From positions 25,484,001 to 25,548,000 of the forward strand of contig CM075987.1 in assembly GCA_038087875.1 (NCBI GenBank): 64,000 nt of DNA. The letters are read 5' to 3'. A model generated the notes under the pieces. It did not search any database. It saw only the letters and a list, made by a program, of their open reading frames with translations, and had not been told where the DNA came from. Below are positions 1 through 12,259 of the stretch, in pieces (the stretch's first letter is position 1; every line of letters starts with the position of its first letter). The position numbers were made by a program, and so were the translations under genes. The DNA comes from Malacoraja senta (lineage: Eukaryota).

Positions 1-740
1 TGATGTGGACATATAAACCTTTTCATAAATTGTCTCCCGATTTTAAATGCAGTAAACAGACAAAACACTGTCTCATTATCTGATGCATCAAGACCTTCCC
101 GAGGATAATGCTTCATTCTAAACCCATTAATAGTGAGTTACGGTTATTTTAAGAAGGACATTTGCAAATTCATGAACAGTTTGTGAAAGGAAGGTTATTT
201 GAAAGAGGCCTTTTGCGACGTACAATCAAAACAACGTTTTTATTTGGCTTTTTTAACTTTACGATTAGAGCGAGCTGTCTGTTATTTGGTTGCTGAGAGA
301 CATTCGTCATCCTTTTATTAGTTTTTATAGCAGATTTGTATTTGTGCAATGGAACATTGTCATCAGAATGTTAAAAAAAAAAAGCCTTTGAAGTGCAAGG
401 TATGAATAGACCCTGGAGAGGTAATTGATGAAGCAAAAGATTTGTAACGATCCGCTGGCACTGTACTGAAGGATAATATATTCCCCATTTTAACTCTATA
501 TTTTTGTTTCAGATGAATGATAGTACTGAATGATTCTGTGGTGGCTTCAGATTTGCAGAGATTAATGGATCTGGAAGCAAAGCTAGACACGGGAAAGAAA
601 AATTATTGGGCTGGCATTTACTGGCGGCATTGAGTTGTTACTCGACTCACCTGTTGTGAACAGGCTTGGCTTTTTTGTGGATCAACGAACAATATGTTGC
701 TCAAAGTCACCACGATGCAAAATGGAGTGTACTCTGGGTA

Positions 741-1043
741 TAGTTTAGTTTGGAGATACAGTGCGGAAACAGGCACTTCGGCCCACCGGGTCCGCAACGA
801 CCAGCCATCCCTCTGCACTAACACTATCCTACACACACTAGGGACAATTTACAATGACACCCAAGCCAATTTACCTACAAGCCTTTGGAGTGTGGGAGGA
901 AACTGGAGCACCCGGGGAAAGCCCACGCAGGTCACGGGGAGAACGTACAAACTCTGTGCTGCAGGCAGCACCCGTGGTCAAGATCGGACCCGGGTCTCTG
1001 CCGCTGTAAGGTAGCAAATCTACCGCTGCGCCACTGTGCCACC
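741..1043 (-). mobile_element. tRNA-derived V-SINE (HE1-like), near full length
   Basis: Reverse strand reads GTGGCACAGTGGCGCAGCGGTAGA (Pol III A box), then a B-box-like GGGTCCGATC, the V-domain-like core GTTTGTACGTTCTCCCCGTGACCTGCGTGGG...CCTCCCACACTCCAAAG, and a GGGCCGAAG..CCTGTTTCC..(AAACT) tail. Confidence 0.85.
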
Positions 1044-1567
1044 CCCCCCCCCCCCCAAAGTTCTGTCAGGCTAAGATCAATCCTTGGAATCCTGGTCACA
1101 ATCTAAACCATTCCCCGGTGTCTATTTTTGGATGGGGGCCCAAAAATGATATTTTATTCTGTTTATGAAAGTGCGTCACAGTGAGCCAAAACAAAAATAA
1201 GATGAATGATTGGTTTCTAAAACAGTGACGGAAGTCCTAGTGACAGAAAAATTAGCATCTAAAAGGAATTGCAGGCGCAGGAAATCTGAAATAAAACCAG
1301 ACAATGCTGGAAACATATAACAGTTCAGGTCCATGTCTCTTCATCCAGTCACAGAGTGAAATCAATGTCTCAAGCAAGGTCTTGACCAGCAACGTCATCT
1401 ATCCATGTTCTCCAGAGATGTTGCCTGACCTGCTGTGTTACTCCAGCAGTTTATGTCCTTTTATCATTACCTCAGTCACTCAGGCATGTTCCAGTTTTAG
1501 TTTATTGTCACGTGTACCGAGGCACAGTGAAAAGCTTTTGTGGGAGATAGCTGGTAATTTAAACAAT

Positions 1568-2147
1568 TTGGCCTGTCCCACTTAGGCGATTTTTTAGGCG
1601 ACTACAGGCGACTAGGCTGTCGCCACATGGTCGTGGGGGTGTAGTGTATGGTCGTGAGTCGTCTCCTCAGTCGCCCAAAGAATCGTAGCGTTTTTCTGGT
1701 GGCTGCTGGATTTTGAAATGTTCATAACCTTTCGACGACAGTTGGCTTGACGCCGATGAGCGTAGCTTGACTTCTCCTGACGTAGGTGCTGTCGTAGGTT
1801 GTCGCCAGGTGATGTAGGTTGTCGCCGGTGCTGACTTCGGTGAATTCCTTTGGCGACTACCTACGTTAATCTACGTCAACCGGTGACTGGTACCGGCGAC
1901 TGAATTGTCTTAAGTTGTCTTCTGTTGTCGCCGACTGGGTCGTGCCATGTCGTAGCTTGTCGCGGGTGGACGTAGGTTGTCGTAGGTGTGGTCATAGGTT
2001 GACGTCCTAACAATGGGTCGCCGGTTGTCGATAGCTTGCCGTCGACTAGGTGGTAGGTTGTTGTAGACATTGTCGAGGACATTGTCATAGGGGGGGTCCA
2101 GTCGCTGGCAGCCGCCGGAAAAAAACCGCCCAAGTGGGACAGGCTCA
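1568..2147. mobile_element. PIF/Harbinger-type MITE, family A (long form)
   Basis: TIRs GGCCTGTCCCACTTAGGCGATTTTT / AAAAAACCGCCCAAGTGGGACAGGC; TAA after the right end; interior of degenerate GTCGTAGGTT/GTCGCC repeats; no transposase ORF. Confidence 0.8.
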
Positions 2148-2619
2148 TAACATCGTGCATTATTGAACATAATGGGAGAAAAAAGGCATTGTCTATGATA
2201 TATGCTTGTTCACACATGCGGAACTAATGCTGCTCCATTCTGCAATGAAAAATCCCTCATAAGAAATAGATACAAGAGATGAACAATTGACTTGTTGAAC
2301 CTATTCCACCTCTCGATAAAATCCTGACTGATTTTTCCCAACATGTCACTTTTCTGCACCAACTAACTCTTAATGTCCTTAATAATCACAATTCTTGAAT
2401 GAGGTTCTTTGTGCATTTGGGGTAGAGAATTCTAAAGCTTCACTGCCTCAGCGGGGAAGAAATTCCTTATCTCGCTCTCGGCCAATTCCTTATTTTGAGA
2501 TTGTCTCACTAATTCTCGCCTCTTCAGCCAAGGTAAACTTCATCTCCGCATCTTCATCTACAATATGAAGCCCCATAAGAATTCAGTATGTTTTAAAGAA
2601 ATCGCCTCTCATTTTGCTA

Positions 2620-3590
2620 AATGCAGTGGAGTAAAAGCTCTCCGCCTTTCTCCGACCCTAGTCGTCCTGCCAGTTCCACTGTTCGCATCCAGACATCCCT
2701 TCGTTATCACCACTTCCTCAGCCAACAATGGACCATTGTGGGCTCCACCTTTTCTCGGTCATCGGTGCCGGCTCGGATTTGTGCTGAACCATATCAGACA
2801 TCCAATTTCTCCCTCCCCCCAAACTCGCGGTCTGAAGAAGGGTTGCGAATGGTATGTTGGCCTTCATAGCAAGAGGATTTGAGTATAGGAGCAGGGAGGT
2901 TCTACTGCAGTTGTACAGGGTCTTGGTGAGACCACACCTGGAGTATTGCGTACAGTTTTGGTCTCCAAATCTGAGGAAGGACATTATTGCCATAGAGGGA
3001 GTACAGAGAAGGTTCACCAGACTGATTCCTGGGATGTCAGGACTTTCATATGAAGAAAGACTGGATAGACTTGGCTTATACTCGCTAGAATTTAGGAGAT
3101 TGAGAGGGGATCTTATAGAAACGTACAAAATTCTTATGGGGTTGGACAGGCTAGATGCAGGAAGATTGTTCCCGATGTTGGGGAAGTCCAGGACAAGGGG
3201 TCACAGCTTAAGGATAAGGGGGAAATCCTTTAAGACCGAGATGAGGAAAAACTTTTTCACACAGAGAGTGGTGAATCTCTGGAACTCTCTGCCACAGAAG
3301 GTAGTTGAGGCCAGTTCATTGGCTATATTTAAGAGGGAGTTAGATGTGGCCCTTGTGGCTAAAGGGATCAGAGGGTATGGAGAGAAGGCAGGTACGGGAT
3401 ACTGAGTTGGATGATCAGCCATGATCATATTGATTGGCGGTGCAGGCTCGAAGGGCCGAATGGCCTACTCCTGCACCTATTTTCTATGTTTCTATGTTTC
3501 TATGACCCGAGACCATTCCTATTTATTTTTCCCAGAGATGCTGCCTGACCCGCTGAGTTGTATACTCCAGCATTTTGTGTCTACCTTCAA
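2620..3590 (+). mobile_element. PLE-derived 3' element interrupted by a CR1 fragment
   Basis: CTGAAGAAGGGTTGCGA at 2832-2848 resumes as GACCCGAGACCATTCC...AGAGATGCTGCCTGACCCGCTGAG at 3504-3590. Confidence 0.65.
2849..3503 (+). mobile_element. CR1-clade LINE 3' fragment (ORF2 C-terminus plus 3'UTR)
   Basis: ORF 2854-3405 with LYRVLVRPHLEYCVQFWSP...RRLRGDLIETYKI...FFTQRVVNLWNSLP; (TTTCTATG)n tail. Confidence 0.93.
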
Positions 3591-4255
3591 AGCATTTGAT
3601 CAGTTGCGTCCGTCCCTCTAGACTGAGCCATTGATTGCTTCCGCATCTTTGCACTTCATGCATGAGAAATCAAAATAGCTGCAACTCAATATGTAAACAG
3701 GGAAGCTAATCCCAAGAAGATTGTGGTCTTTGGTGGGATTTGACTTCATATTTTGATATAGTCAATGTCAGGAAGGATCAACTAAATCATGATACAATCT
3801 CAGTGCCACACTTCAGTCCTGCAATTAGTATGCGAAAGGGAACAATTAAAGTTTCTAATTAAATCCACCAATCTTGCAAAACATTAAAAATTAAACTCAG
3901 CCTTTATCAGGATGATATGACTATCTCTGAGACAACATTAATGAGGAATTTCCCAAGAAGTCAAACCAGAGGACGTGAGAAACAGGAAAGGTGTCTTATC
4001 CGCTTAATTTAGAAATTCAGCTTCAGTGGATGAGCAGTTGATGGAGAAATGTGCAGGAAGGAACTGCAGACGCTGGTTTAAACTGAAGATAGGCACAAAA
4101 AGCTGGAGTAACTCAGCGGGACAGGCAGCATCTCCCCATTTGTACGTTCTCCCCGTGACCTGCGTGGGTTTTTCTCTGGGTGCTCCGGTTTCCTCCCACA
4201 CTCCAAGAACGTACAGGTTTGTCGGTTAATTGGCTTTGGTAAATTGTAAATTGTC

Positions 4256-6190
4256 AGTAAAACTATAAAGGATAGTATTCGGCTGAAGGCAAGGGCATAT
4301 AAGGTAGCCAGAGATAGTGGGAGGGTAAAGGATTGGGAAGCATTTAAAGGTCAGCAAAAAATAACTAAGAGATTAATCAAGACGGGGAAAATAGACTATG
4401 AAAGGAATTTAGCGAACAACATAAAAACTAATAGTAAGAGTTTTTATAGCTATATAAAAAGAAAAAGGGTGGCTAAGGTGAACGTTGGTCCATTGGAGGG
4501 TGAGACTGGAGAGTTGTTGGTGGGGAACATGGAAATGGCAAAGGCATTAAACGAGTATTTTGTATCAGTCTTCACCATAGAAGACACAAAAAATATTCCA
4601 ACGCTGGATAAACAGGGGGCGGTAGGAATGGAGGAGCTAAATACTACTAAGATCACCAAGGAGGTGGTATTAGGGAAATTAATGAGACTGAAGGAGGATA
4701 AATCCCCTGGGCCTGATGGATTACATCCAAGGGTCTTGAGGGAGATAGCGGTGGGGATTGTGGATGCATTGGTGATAATTTTCCAAAACTCCCTGGAGGC
4801 AGGAACGGTCCCAGTGGATTGGAAAATGGCCAATGTAACACCTATATTTAAAAAAGGAAGTAAACAGAAGGCGGGTAACTATAGACCGGTTAGTCTAACA
4901 TCGGTGGTGGGTAAAATGTTAGAGACAATTATTAAAGAAACACTAACGGGGCACTTGGATAAACATGACTTCATCGGACAGAACCAGCATGGTTTTGTGA
5001 AGGGGAAGTCCTGTTTAACGAATCTGCTCGAATTCTTTGAGGAAGTAACAACCCGGGTGGATAAAGGGGAACCGGTGGATGTGGTATACTTGGACTTCCA
5101 AAAGGCTTTTGACAAGGTGCCACATAAGAGACTATTGCTAAAAATAAAAAAATTATGGGATTGGGGGTAATATATTAGCATGGGTAGAGGATTGGCTAAC
5201 AAATAGGAAGCAGAGAGTGGGGATAAATGGTTCATACTCGGGATGGCAACCGGTAACTAGCGGGGTTCCGCAAGGGTCGGTGCTGGGACCCCAGTTGTTC
5301 ACAATTTATATAAATGATTTGGAGGAGGGAACCAAGTGTAATATATCAAAATTTGCGGACGATACAAAAATGGGAGGAAAAGTAGGGGATGAGGAGGATA
5401 GGAAGAGTCTGCAAAAGGATATAGATAAGCTAGGTGAGTGGGCAACAACTTGGCAGATGAAATTTAATACTAATAAATGTGAAGTCATTCACTTTGGGAA
5501 AAAAATGATAGGGCAAGTTATTTTCTAAATGAGGTGGAGCTGCGTTGTAATGCAACGCAAAGGGATCTAGGGGTAGTAGTACATGAATCACTAAAAGTTA
5601 GTATGCAGGTGCAGCAAGCAATCAGGAAGGCCAATGGAGTTTTGGCCTTTATTGCTAGGGGGATTGAGTATAAAAACACGGAGGTCTTGCTGCAGCTGTA
5701 CACAGTATTAGTGAGACCACATTTGGAATACTGTGTACAGTTCTGGGGTCCATACTTAAGAAAGGATGTACTGGCCCTGGAGGCAGTGCAGCGAAGGTTT
5801 ACAAGATTAATTCCTGCAATGAGGGGATTGACATATGAGGAAAGGTTAAGTAGGCTGGAACTCTACTCTTTGGAGTTTAGAAGAATGAGAGGCGATCTCA
5901 TTGAAACATATAAGATCGTGAGGGGCCTTGATCGGGTGGATGCACCGAGGATGTTCCCAATGATCGGGGAAACTAGAACTAGGGGACATAGTTGTAGAAT
6001 AAGGGGGGGCTCTTTTAAAACTGAGATGAGGAAGAACTTCTTCACCCAGAGGGTGGTTAATTTATGGAATTCACTGCCCCAGGGAGCAGTGGAAGCAGAA
6101 ACATTAAATATATTTAAGTCTAAAATAGATGGTTTTTTAGCTGCCAAGGGGATAAGGGGCTACGGGGAGAGGGCAGGGATATGGACCTAG
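4256..6190 (+). pseudogene. CR1 ORF2 reverse transcriptase, 5'-truncated, two frameshifts
   Basis: ORFs 4469-5170, 5217-5528 and 5534-6190 join into one frame after removing one A near 5150 and adding one A near 5500; the frame is open back to 4256; no APE endonuclease domain. Confidence 0.9.
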
Positions 6191-6523
6191 GTATGGTTAG
6201 TATAGTAAGACCTGAGTGATCTCCTGGACAAGTGTCGATCGCCTGGATTGGGGTCGGAGAGGAATTTCCCGGATTTTTTTCCCGAATTGGACCTGGGTTT
6301 TTATCCGGTTTTTTGCCTCCCCCAGGAGATCAAGCGGTTCTTGGGGTGGAGAGGGGTGATAGCGGTATAAAGGGAAGGGTAGTGTCTTGTGTTCTGTGTC
6401 TTGTGTCTACTGTTTGTGGGTAAGGGTGTCTGTTTAGTGTTCAGCCATGAGCGAATGGCGGTGCGGGCTCGATGGGCCTGGTGGTCTACTCTCGCACCTA
6501 CTTTCTATGTTTCTATGTTTCTA
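4256..6523 (+). mobile_element. Young 5'-truncated CR1-clade LINE (HER1-like), 2.27 kb
   Basis: RT motifs NYRPVSLTS, QHGF, LDFQKAFDKVPH, SGVPQGSVLGP, FADD; (TTTCTATG)n tail; 4-bp TGTC duplication at 4252-4255 and 6524-6527. Confidence 0.96.
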
Positions 6524-6849
6524 TGTCCCTAGTTTGTAGGATGGTGTTAGTGTAGAGGGTGGCCGATGGTCAGCATGGACTCTATGGGCCAAAGGGCCTG
6601 TTTCCATGCTCTATCTCTTAAAAAGCAAACCCCTGTTGTGGTTAGATATTACTGTCCTTTGTTGGCCAAAATTCCAGGGTACCACTGTGGTCTCCACCCA
6701 AAACGTTACCCATTCCTTCTCTCCAGAGATGCTGCCTGTCCCGCTGAGTTACTCCAGCTGATGGAGACTGTACTTTTACACCTCAGTCCCTGGCTAATCA
6801 ACTGTTGCGACATTAAAGTCGCTTTTAAATTTGTTTTCAAGCTAAGCTC

Positions 6850-7145
6850 ACTCATATCTCCCACTCCCTCTTCTCCCCTCTCCCATCGGGCAAGAGGAAC
6901 AGAAGTGTGAAAACGCACACCTCCAGATTCAGGGGCAGTTTCTTCCCAGCTGTTATCAGGCAACTGAATGGTCCTCTCATCAGTTGGAGTGCAGTCCTGA
7001 TCTTACAGGAGATCTTTGACATCTTTAATCGGAGCTCAATGTAATATCTTGAACTTTTTTGTGCCTTTATCATTTATCTGTATACTGTAGATGTCTTGAT
7101 TCTATTCATTTATAGTCTTTTCTTTGACTTAGATAACATGCAAAT
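6850..7145 (+). mobile_element. Rex1/Babar-like LINE 3' fragment
   Basis: Encodes remnant SPLSHRARGTEV / RFRGSFFPAVIRQLN; same 3'UTR family as 16825-17410. Confidence 0.65.
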
Positions 7146-7185
7146 TTGCAAATGTCCCCTTCAACCACACTTCCAATTGCCTTCA

Positions 7186-7625
7186 TAGGTTCATAAGGTC
7201 ATAAGTGATAAGAGCAGAATTAGGCCATTTGACCCATCAAGTCTACTCCGCCATTCAATCATGGCTGATCTATCTCTCCCTCCTAACCCCATTCTCCTGC
7301 CTTCTCCCCATAACCCCTGACACCCGTGCTAATCAAGAATCTATCTATCTCTGCCTTAAAAATATCCACTGATTGGCCTCCACAGCCCTCAGTGGCAATG
7401 AATTCCAGAGATTCACCACCATTCTGACTAAAGGAATTACTTCTCATCTCCTTTCTAAAGGAACGTCCTTTAATTCTGAGGCTATGACCTCTGGTCCTCT
7501 CCACATCCACTCTATCCAAGCCTTTCACTATTCTGTACGCTTTGATGAAGTTTCCCCTCATCCTTCTAATCTCCAGCGAGTACAGGCCCAGTGCCGTCAA
7601 ACGCTCATCATATGTTAACCTTCTC
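7186..7625 (-). mobile_element. CR1 3' fragment, (CTTATGAC) tail subfamily
   Basis: ORF 7283-7699(-) LTYDERLTALGLYSLE..RTRGHSLRIKG; CR1 3'UTR GATCAGCCATGATTGAATGGCGGAGTAGAC. Confidence 0.85.
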
Positions 7626-9825
7626 TTCATGTGCAGAGGCCGATATTTTGTGCTTCTGAAGATGACGAATTTCTGAGGTAACGAGAGTGAATGATACACT
7701 TAAACCACTCCGTCTTTGTGTACTTTCCTCATGAGGACATAATCTTGGAACACAACTTGTTTCATTCCGAGAGACACAGGAAACTGCAGATGTTGGTCCT
7801 CTGGTCCTTTTTGAAGTTCTTTTGAAATCTACTATTTCCATTGCTTCCTCTTTTCTGGGTGGCAGTGGGAGGAGGGGAGAAAATAATGGAAGTCATAGAT
7901 TCCAAAGGAATCTTTTAAATGCCTTTAGATTTGCTCCCCCATCTTGTCAGTTCTTTGCGGTTCACATCAAGCTCTCAGCAATGTGACAGTTCATCATTTT
8001 CTCATTTTAATCTCCTTCAATCCTAAACTCTCCAGTACATCTTTCCTCCATGGAACAGTGATATTATCCTTGTTCAATACCTAGCATCATTTTTCATTAA
8101 AAATAAAAATCTGCCATCCTAAAGGACCCATTTTTGAAAGGTATCGATCAATAAACGCTGGCGCGACCTGTGATCCCAAGAATACATGTTTAGCCCATCT
8201 TTATTTCCGAGTGAAATCCTTATCGACAGAAGCAAAACTCTCCGAGGTACAAACTCGATATCAAAATGGTGTTAACCATGCAGGAATTGGTTTGATGATT
8301 GCAGTATACATGCCAGTCCATGTCAAGAAAGCAAATCAATGCAAAAACAACAAAAATATAATTAAAATCACTTTAAGCTGCTTTGTCACCTGCTGTGAAG
8401 ATGAATCATCTTTCTCTCTGAAGAAAAATTGGTGCTCTATCATCTCTGAAAGAAAATAAATTAGTCTACAATTGTCTGCAGATCAGTGATTTGTGATGGA
8501 GCTGCTATGGGAGTGGGTATTGGAAGAATTGACTGTTTTTTCTGAACCATCTGATAGAATTGCAGGAATAGTTACATTCAATGAAAAAAAGTTATACGGG
8601 TCCACCATCGATTTTCCAGCACCCTTGGTTCCACAGCCTTCCTGGATTATCCTCTTTGCCGGACCAATGAAGGTCACGGCCTCCGAGAGGAGTCCAACGG
8701 TACTGGAACGGTCCACCTAGGCTGCCATGGGGCCGAGATACCGGCCCGCAAAGTCGGCCTTGGAAGTCGGCGGTGGGAACGGATCTGCCGATCCACAGCC
8801 CCGGCCACAGGGGGGCAAATTCGATCCGCCGATCGGCAGTGGAAGTCCCGTTGAGGTCTAGATTGGCCGCTTTACACGGCCGAGGTTGCTGTGCTGTAAA
8901 CTTCTAAATGAAATGAACATTCACAATGATAATGACAGTACTTAAGACAGAAAAGAAAATCTCCATTGCACACACATCCAACGTTTGCTCACTGCCTTAT
9001 ATATTCAATGTGAAAGATTGGAATCTTATTGGGATAAATGAATTTGCCGCGTTACCTCTTCAGCATTGTTCATTCAATTCAATTTACTGGAGAAAGAAAG
9101 ACTATTCATTGGAGTTATCTTCAGGGATGTTTCAACAATTTCCACACACAAAAAAAAGATTTAAAAGCTAGAGTTGTGTTTTTAATTTTGATAAAAAGGC
9201 TGAAGTGTATTTTCATAAATGTTACTAAAGGAACAACTAGACAGAAGGCAGTTAATTTGCAAAATGGAGTTTGATTTCTACAGAGGCCAAGTAATAGTTA
9301 GTTCATTAGTTTGGCTTGGCTAATCATATTGGCACTACACTTCACGGTTTGGGAAACGCTTTGATCTTTGCTTCTTATGATGCATGTATGGTGGAGTGGG
9401 TTGCTGCAAGAAAGGTGGTTCAAGAAAGTCTTGGTTTTAAAACAGGAACATGTGAAAGCATTGGGTTTACTTAAGATTATTTTCTCACGCATCTCTATGA
9501 GAAACATAGAAACGTAGAAACATAGAAAATAAGTGCAGGAGTAGGCCATTTGCCCCTTTAAGCCAGCACCGCCATTCAATATGATCATGGCTGATCATTG
9601 GCCTCCACTGCCCTCTGTGGCAGAGGCCAGTTCACTGGATGTTTTCAAGAGAGAGTTAGATATAGTTCTTAGGGCTAATGGTTAGCTTAAAGTTAAGGAT
9701 GCTTGGAGTACAGACACAATATTATTTAACCACCGAACCCAAACATTTGTGTGACAGGTTAAACAACAGTTAAATCCCAAATATAGAACATTGTAAAAAA
9801 ATAACCTCGAGGACCAACGCCATTT

Positions 9826-10131
9826 TGTTTAGTTAAGAGGTACAACGCAGCAACAGGCCCTTCGGCCCTCTAAGTTTATGCTGACCGGTGATCCCCGTAC
9901 ACTAGCACTATCCTACACACTTGGGACAATTTCACATTTTTACCAAAGCCAATTACCCTACAAAACTGTACGTCTTTGGAGTGTGGGAGGAAACCGGAGC
10001 ACCCAGAGAAAACCCACGCGGTCACGGGGAGAACGTAGAAACTTCATACAGGCAAACACCCGGTGACAAGATCAAACCCGGGTCTCTGGCGCTGCCAGGC
10101 AGCGACTCTACGGTTGCGCCAACGTGCCGCC
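9826..10131 (-). mobile_element. V-SINE, near full length
   Basis: Same head, V-domain and tail as the other copies. Confidence 0.85.
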
Positions 10132-10669
10132 CGTACCATTTGTGCAAAGTAAATGGTTGTGTGAAGTAAATTAATTTTGGGACTCACAAATGACGGCACA
10201 CCTTAATTCCCTGAAAGTGTTTGCTAATTTGCACACTAATAACAACAAATAGTCCATTATTTTTCCAACCACATTTGGTCTGATGTCCTCTGACACAGTG
10301 TCTGACTTCCATGCACCCTTATCTCATACAGATGCCTTCTACCCTTCTGGATGGAACTTATGTATTCACCCTATCTATGATATTATACACCTCTGCAAGA
10401 TCACCCCTCATCACCCTGCGCTCCAAGGAATAAAGTCCTAGCCTGCCCAATCTTTCCCAATAGCTCAGGCCCTCAAGTCACAAGACCTTCTCTGCACCCT
10501 TTTCAATGAACAACATCCACCCTGTAGCAGGCGTCAACATTGTAATTTTAATTTCACAGAGAGAACTTCAGTCAATGTGACCTTTATATATTTGTCTCAT
10601 CATTTCCAGGCACCATCAGCCAAGCTGTTTCATCCAGTCAGCCCATGAAGCCAGACAGAAGTTAAATAT

Positions 10670-10915
10670 TTAAGAAGGAACTGCAGATGCTGGAAAATCG
10701 AAGGTAGACAAAAGTGCTGGAGAAACTCAGCGGGTGCAGCAGCAGCATCTATGGAGCGAAGGAAATAGGCAACGTTTCGGGTCCGAAACCCGGAAGGGTT
10801 TCGGCCCGAAACGTTGCCTATTTCCAGAAGGGTTTCGGCCCGAAAGGTTGCCTATTTCCTTCGCTCCATAGATGCTGCTGCACCCGCTGAGTTTCTCCAG
10901 CACTTTTGTCCACCT
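10670..10915. mobile_element. Palindromic PLE-derived short element with TSD
   Basis: Inverted arms of about 90 bp; 14-bp TSD CAGAAGT(T/A)AAATAT at 10656-10669 and 10916-10929. Confidence 0.85.
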
Positions 10916-11315
10916 CAGAAGTAAAATATAATCACTTTATTGATTTAATTTTTAGTTTATAGAGATACGGCACTCTTATGGGACTTGCAAGGGACTTCAT
11001 TACTCAACACTGAGGTATAAACAAATTCAAAGACAATAGACAATAGGTGCAGGAGTAGGCCATTCGGCCCTGCGAGATCCCAAATTGTCAATAACTTAAC
11101 AGAGCGTCTATTAGAAAGCTAAAATGAATCTGTGGAACTGTGCAAGTAGACTTTTTTTTTCAAACATGCCATTTTTATTGTGCAAATATCCGAATAATAG
11201 CACACAGAGCAAGGACAAGAATAAATATATTTTATTGTAAGCAAATAAATTGTGGCATATTTACTTTAATTGCAGTCTATTTTGTTGATTCTGATAAAGA
11301 TTCTTGTTGTTTAAC

Positions 11316-11640
11316 TTAGTTTAGTTTAGTTTAGTGATACAGCGTGGAAACAGGCCCTTCGGCCCACCGGGTCCGCGCCGACCAGCGATCCCCGCACATT
11401 GACACTATCCTACACGCACTGGGGACAATTTTACATTTACACCAAGTCAATTAAGCGACGAACCTGCACGACTTTGGAGTGTGGGAGGAAACCGAGGATC
11501 TCGGAGAAAACCCACGCTGGTCACGGGGAGAACGTACAAACTCCATACAGACAGCGCCCGTAGACGGGATCGAACCCGGGTCTTCGGCGCTGCATTCGCT
11601 GTAAGGCAGCAACTCTACCGCTGCGCCACCGTGACCGCCC
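11316..11640 (-). mobile_element. V-SINE, full length, +9-nt head variant
   Basis: A box TGGCGCAGCGG, B box GGTTCGATCC, head reads TTACAGCGAATGCAGCGCC, (AAACT)n tail. Confidence 0.9.
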
Positions 11641-12259
11641 AAATATCTCTACAGTAACCTAAACTAAACTAAACCAGTTTACCAACTTGGCACCTCACAG
11701 GTACTGAAATTCCTTCTCATTACTTCTTCATTTCTCACCAGCCCCAGATATCAACAAGAACAAATCTCCAAGTGCTTATTGACCTTAACAAACCAGAAAA
11801 ACACTGGTCATTTGTTAAGATTAAGTTAGTTTAGAGGTACAGCGCAGAAGCAGGCCGTTTGGCCCACCGTTTCCGCGCCGACCAGCGATCCCCATACACT
11901 AACAATATCCTACACTGTAGAGACAATTTACAATTTTACCAAAGCCAATTAATCTACAAACCTGTATGGTTTTGAAGCGCGGGAGGAAACTGGAGCACCT
12001 CAAGAAAACCCACGCAGGTCACGGGGAGAATGTAAATGAAAACTACGTGACATTCATCCAACAGACAGTGTTGCCAGATATAAGAACACAGATGCCCAAG
12101 AGAAGTATTTTAAAATCCATTCAAAATGGCTTCTATATTTCACAGATCGGCACAAAGTGCTGGAGAAACTCGTCGGGCAGGCAGCAGCTCTGGAGAAAAA
12201 GGATGGGTGACGTTTCAGGTCTTCTTCAGGCTTCAATTGTTGTACCTTTTCATATCCCT

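Larger units (their letters stand above)
4135..6620 (+). mobile_element. V-SINE (5'-truncated) split by the young CR1 insertion
   Basis: SINE body 4135-4255 ends AAATTGTC and resumes TGTCCCTAGTTTGTAGG at 6524. Confidence 0.75.

Noticed and set aside
1760..2095. CRISPR-like or coding repeat array (GTCGTAGGTT units; ORF 1876-2217)
   Set aside because: Irregular short degenerate repeats inside a TIR-bounded MITE, with no constant repeat-spacer period and no cas genes; eukaryotic context
8211..8720. ORFs 8211-8459, 8483-8716 and 8493-8720 in unique sequence
   Set aside because: Short, non-ATG or weak starts, no domain motifs and no convincing splice pairs
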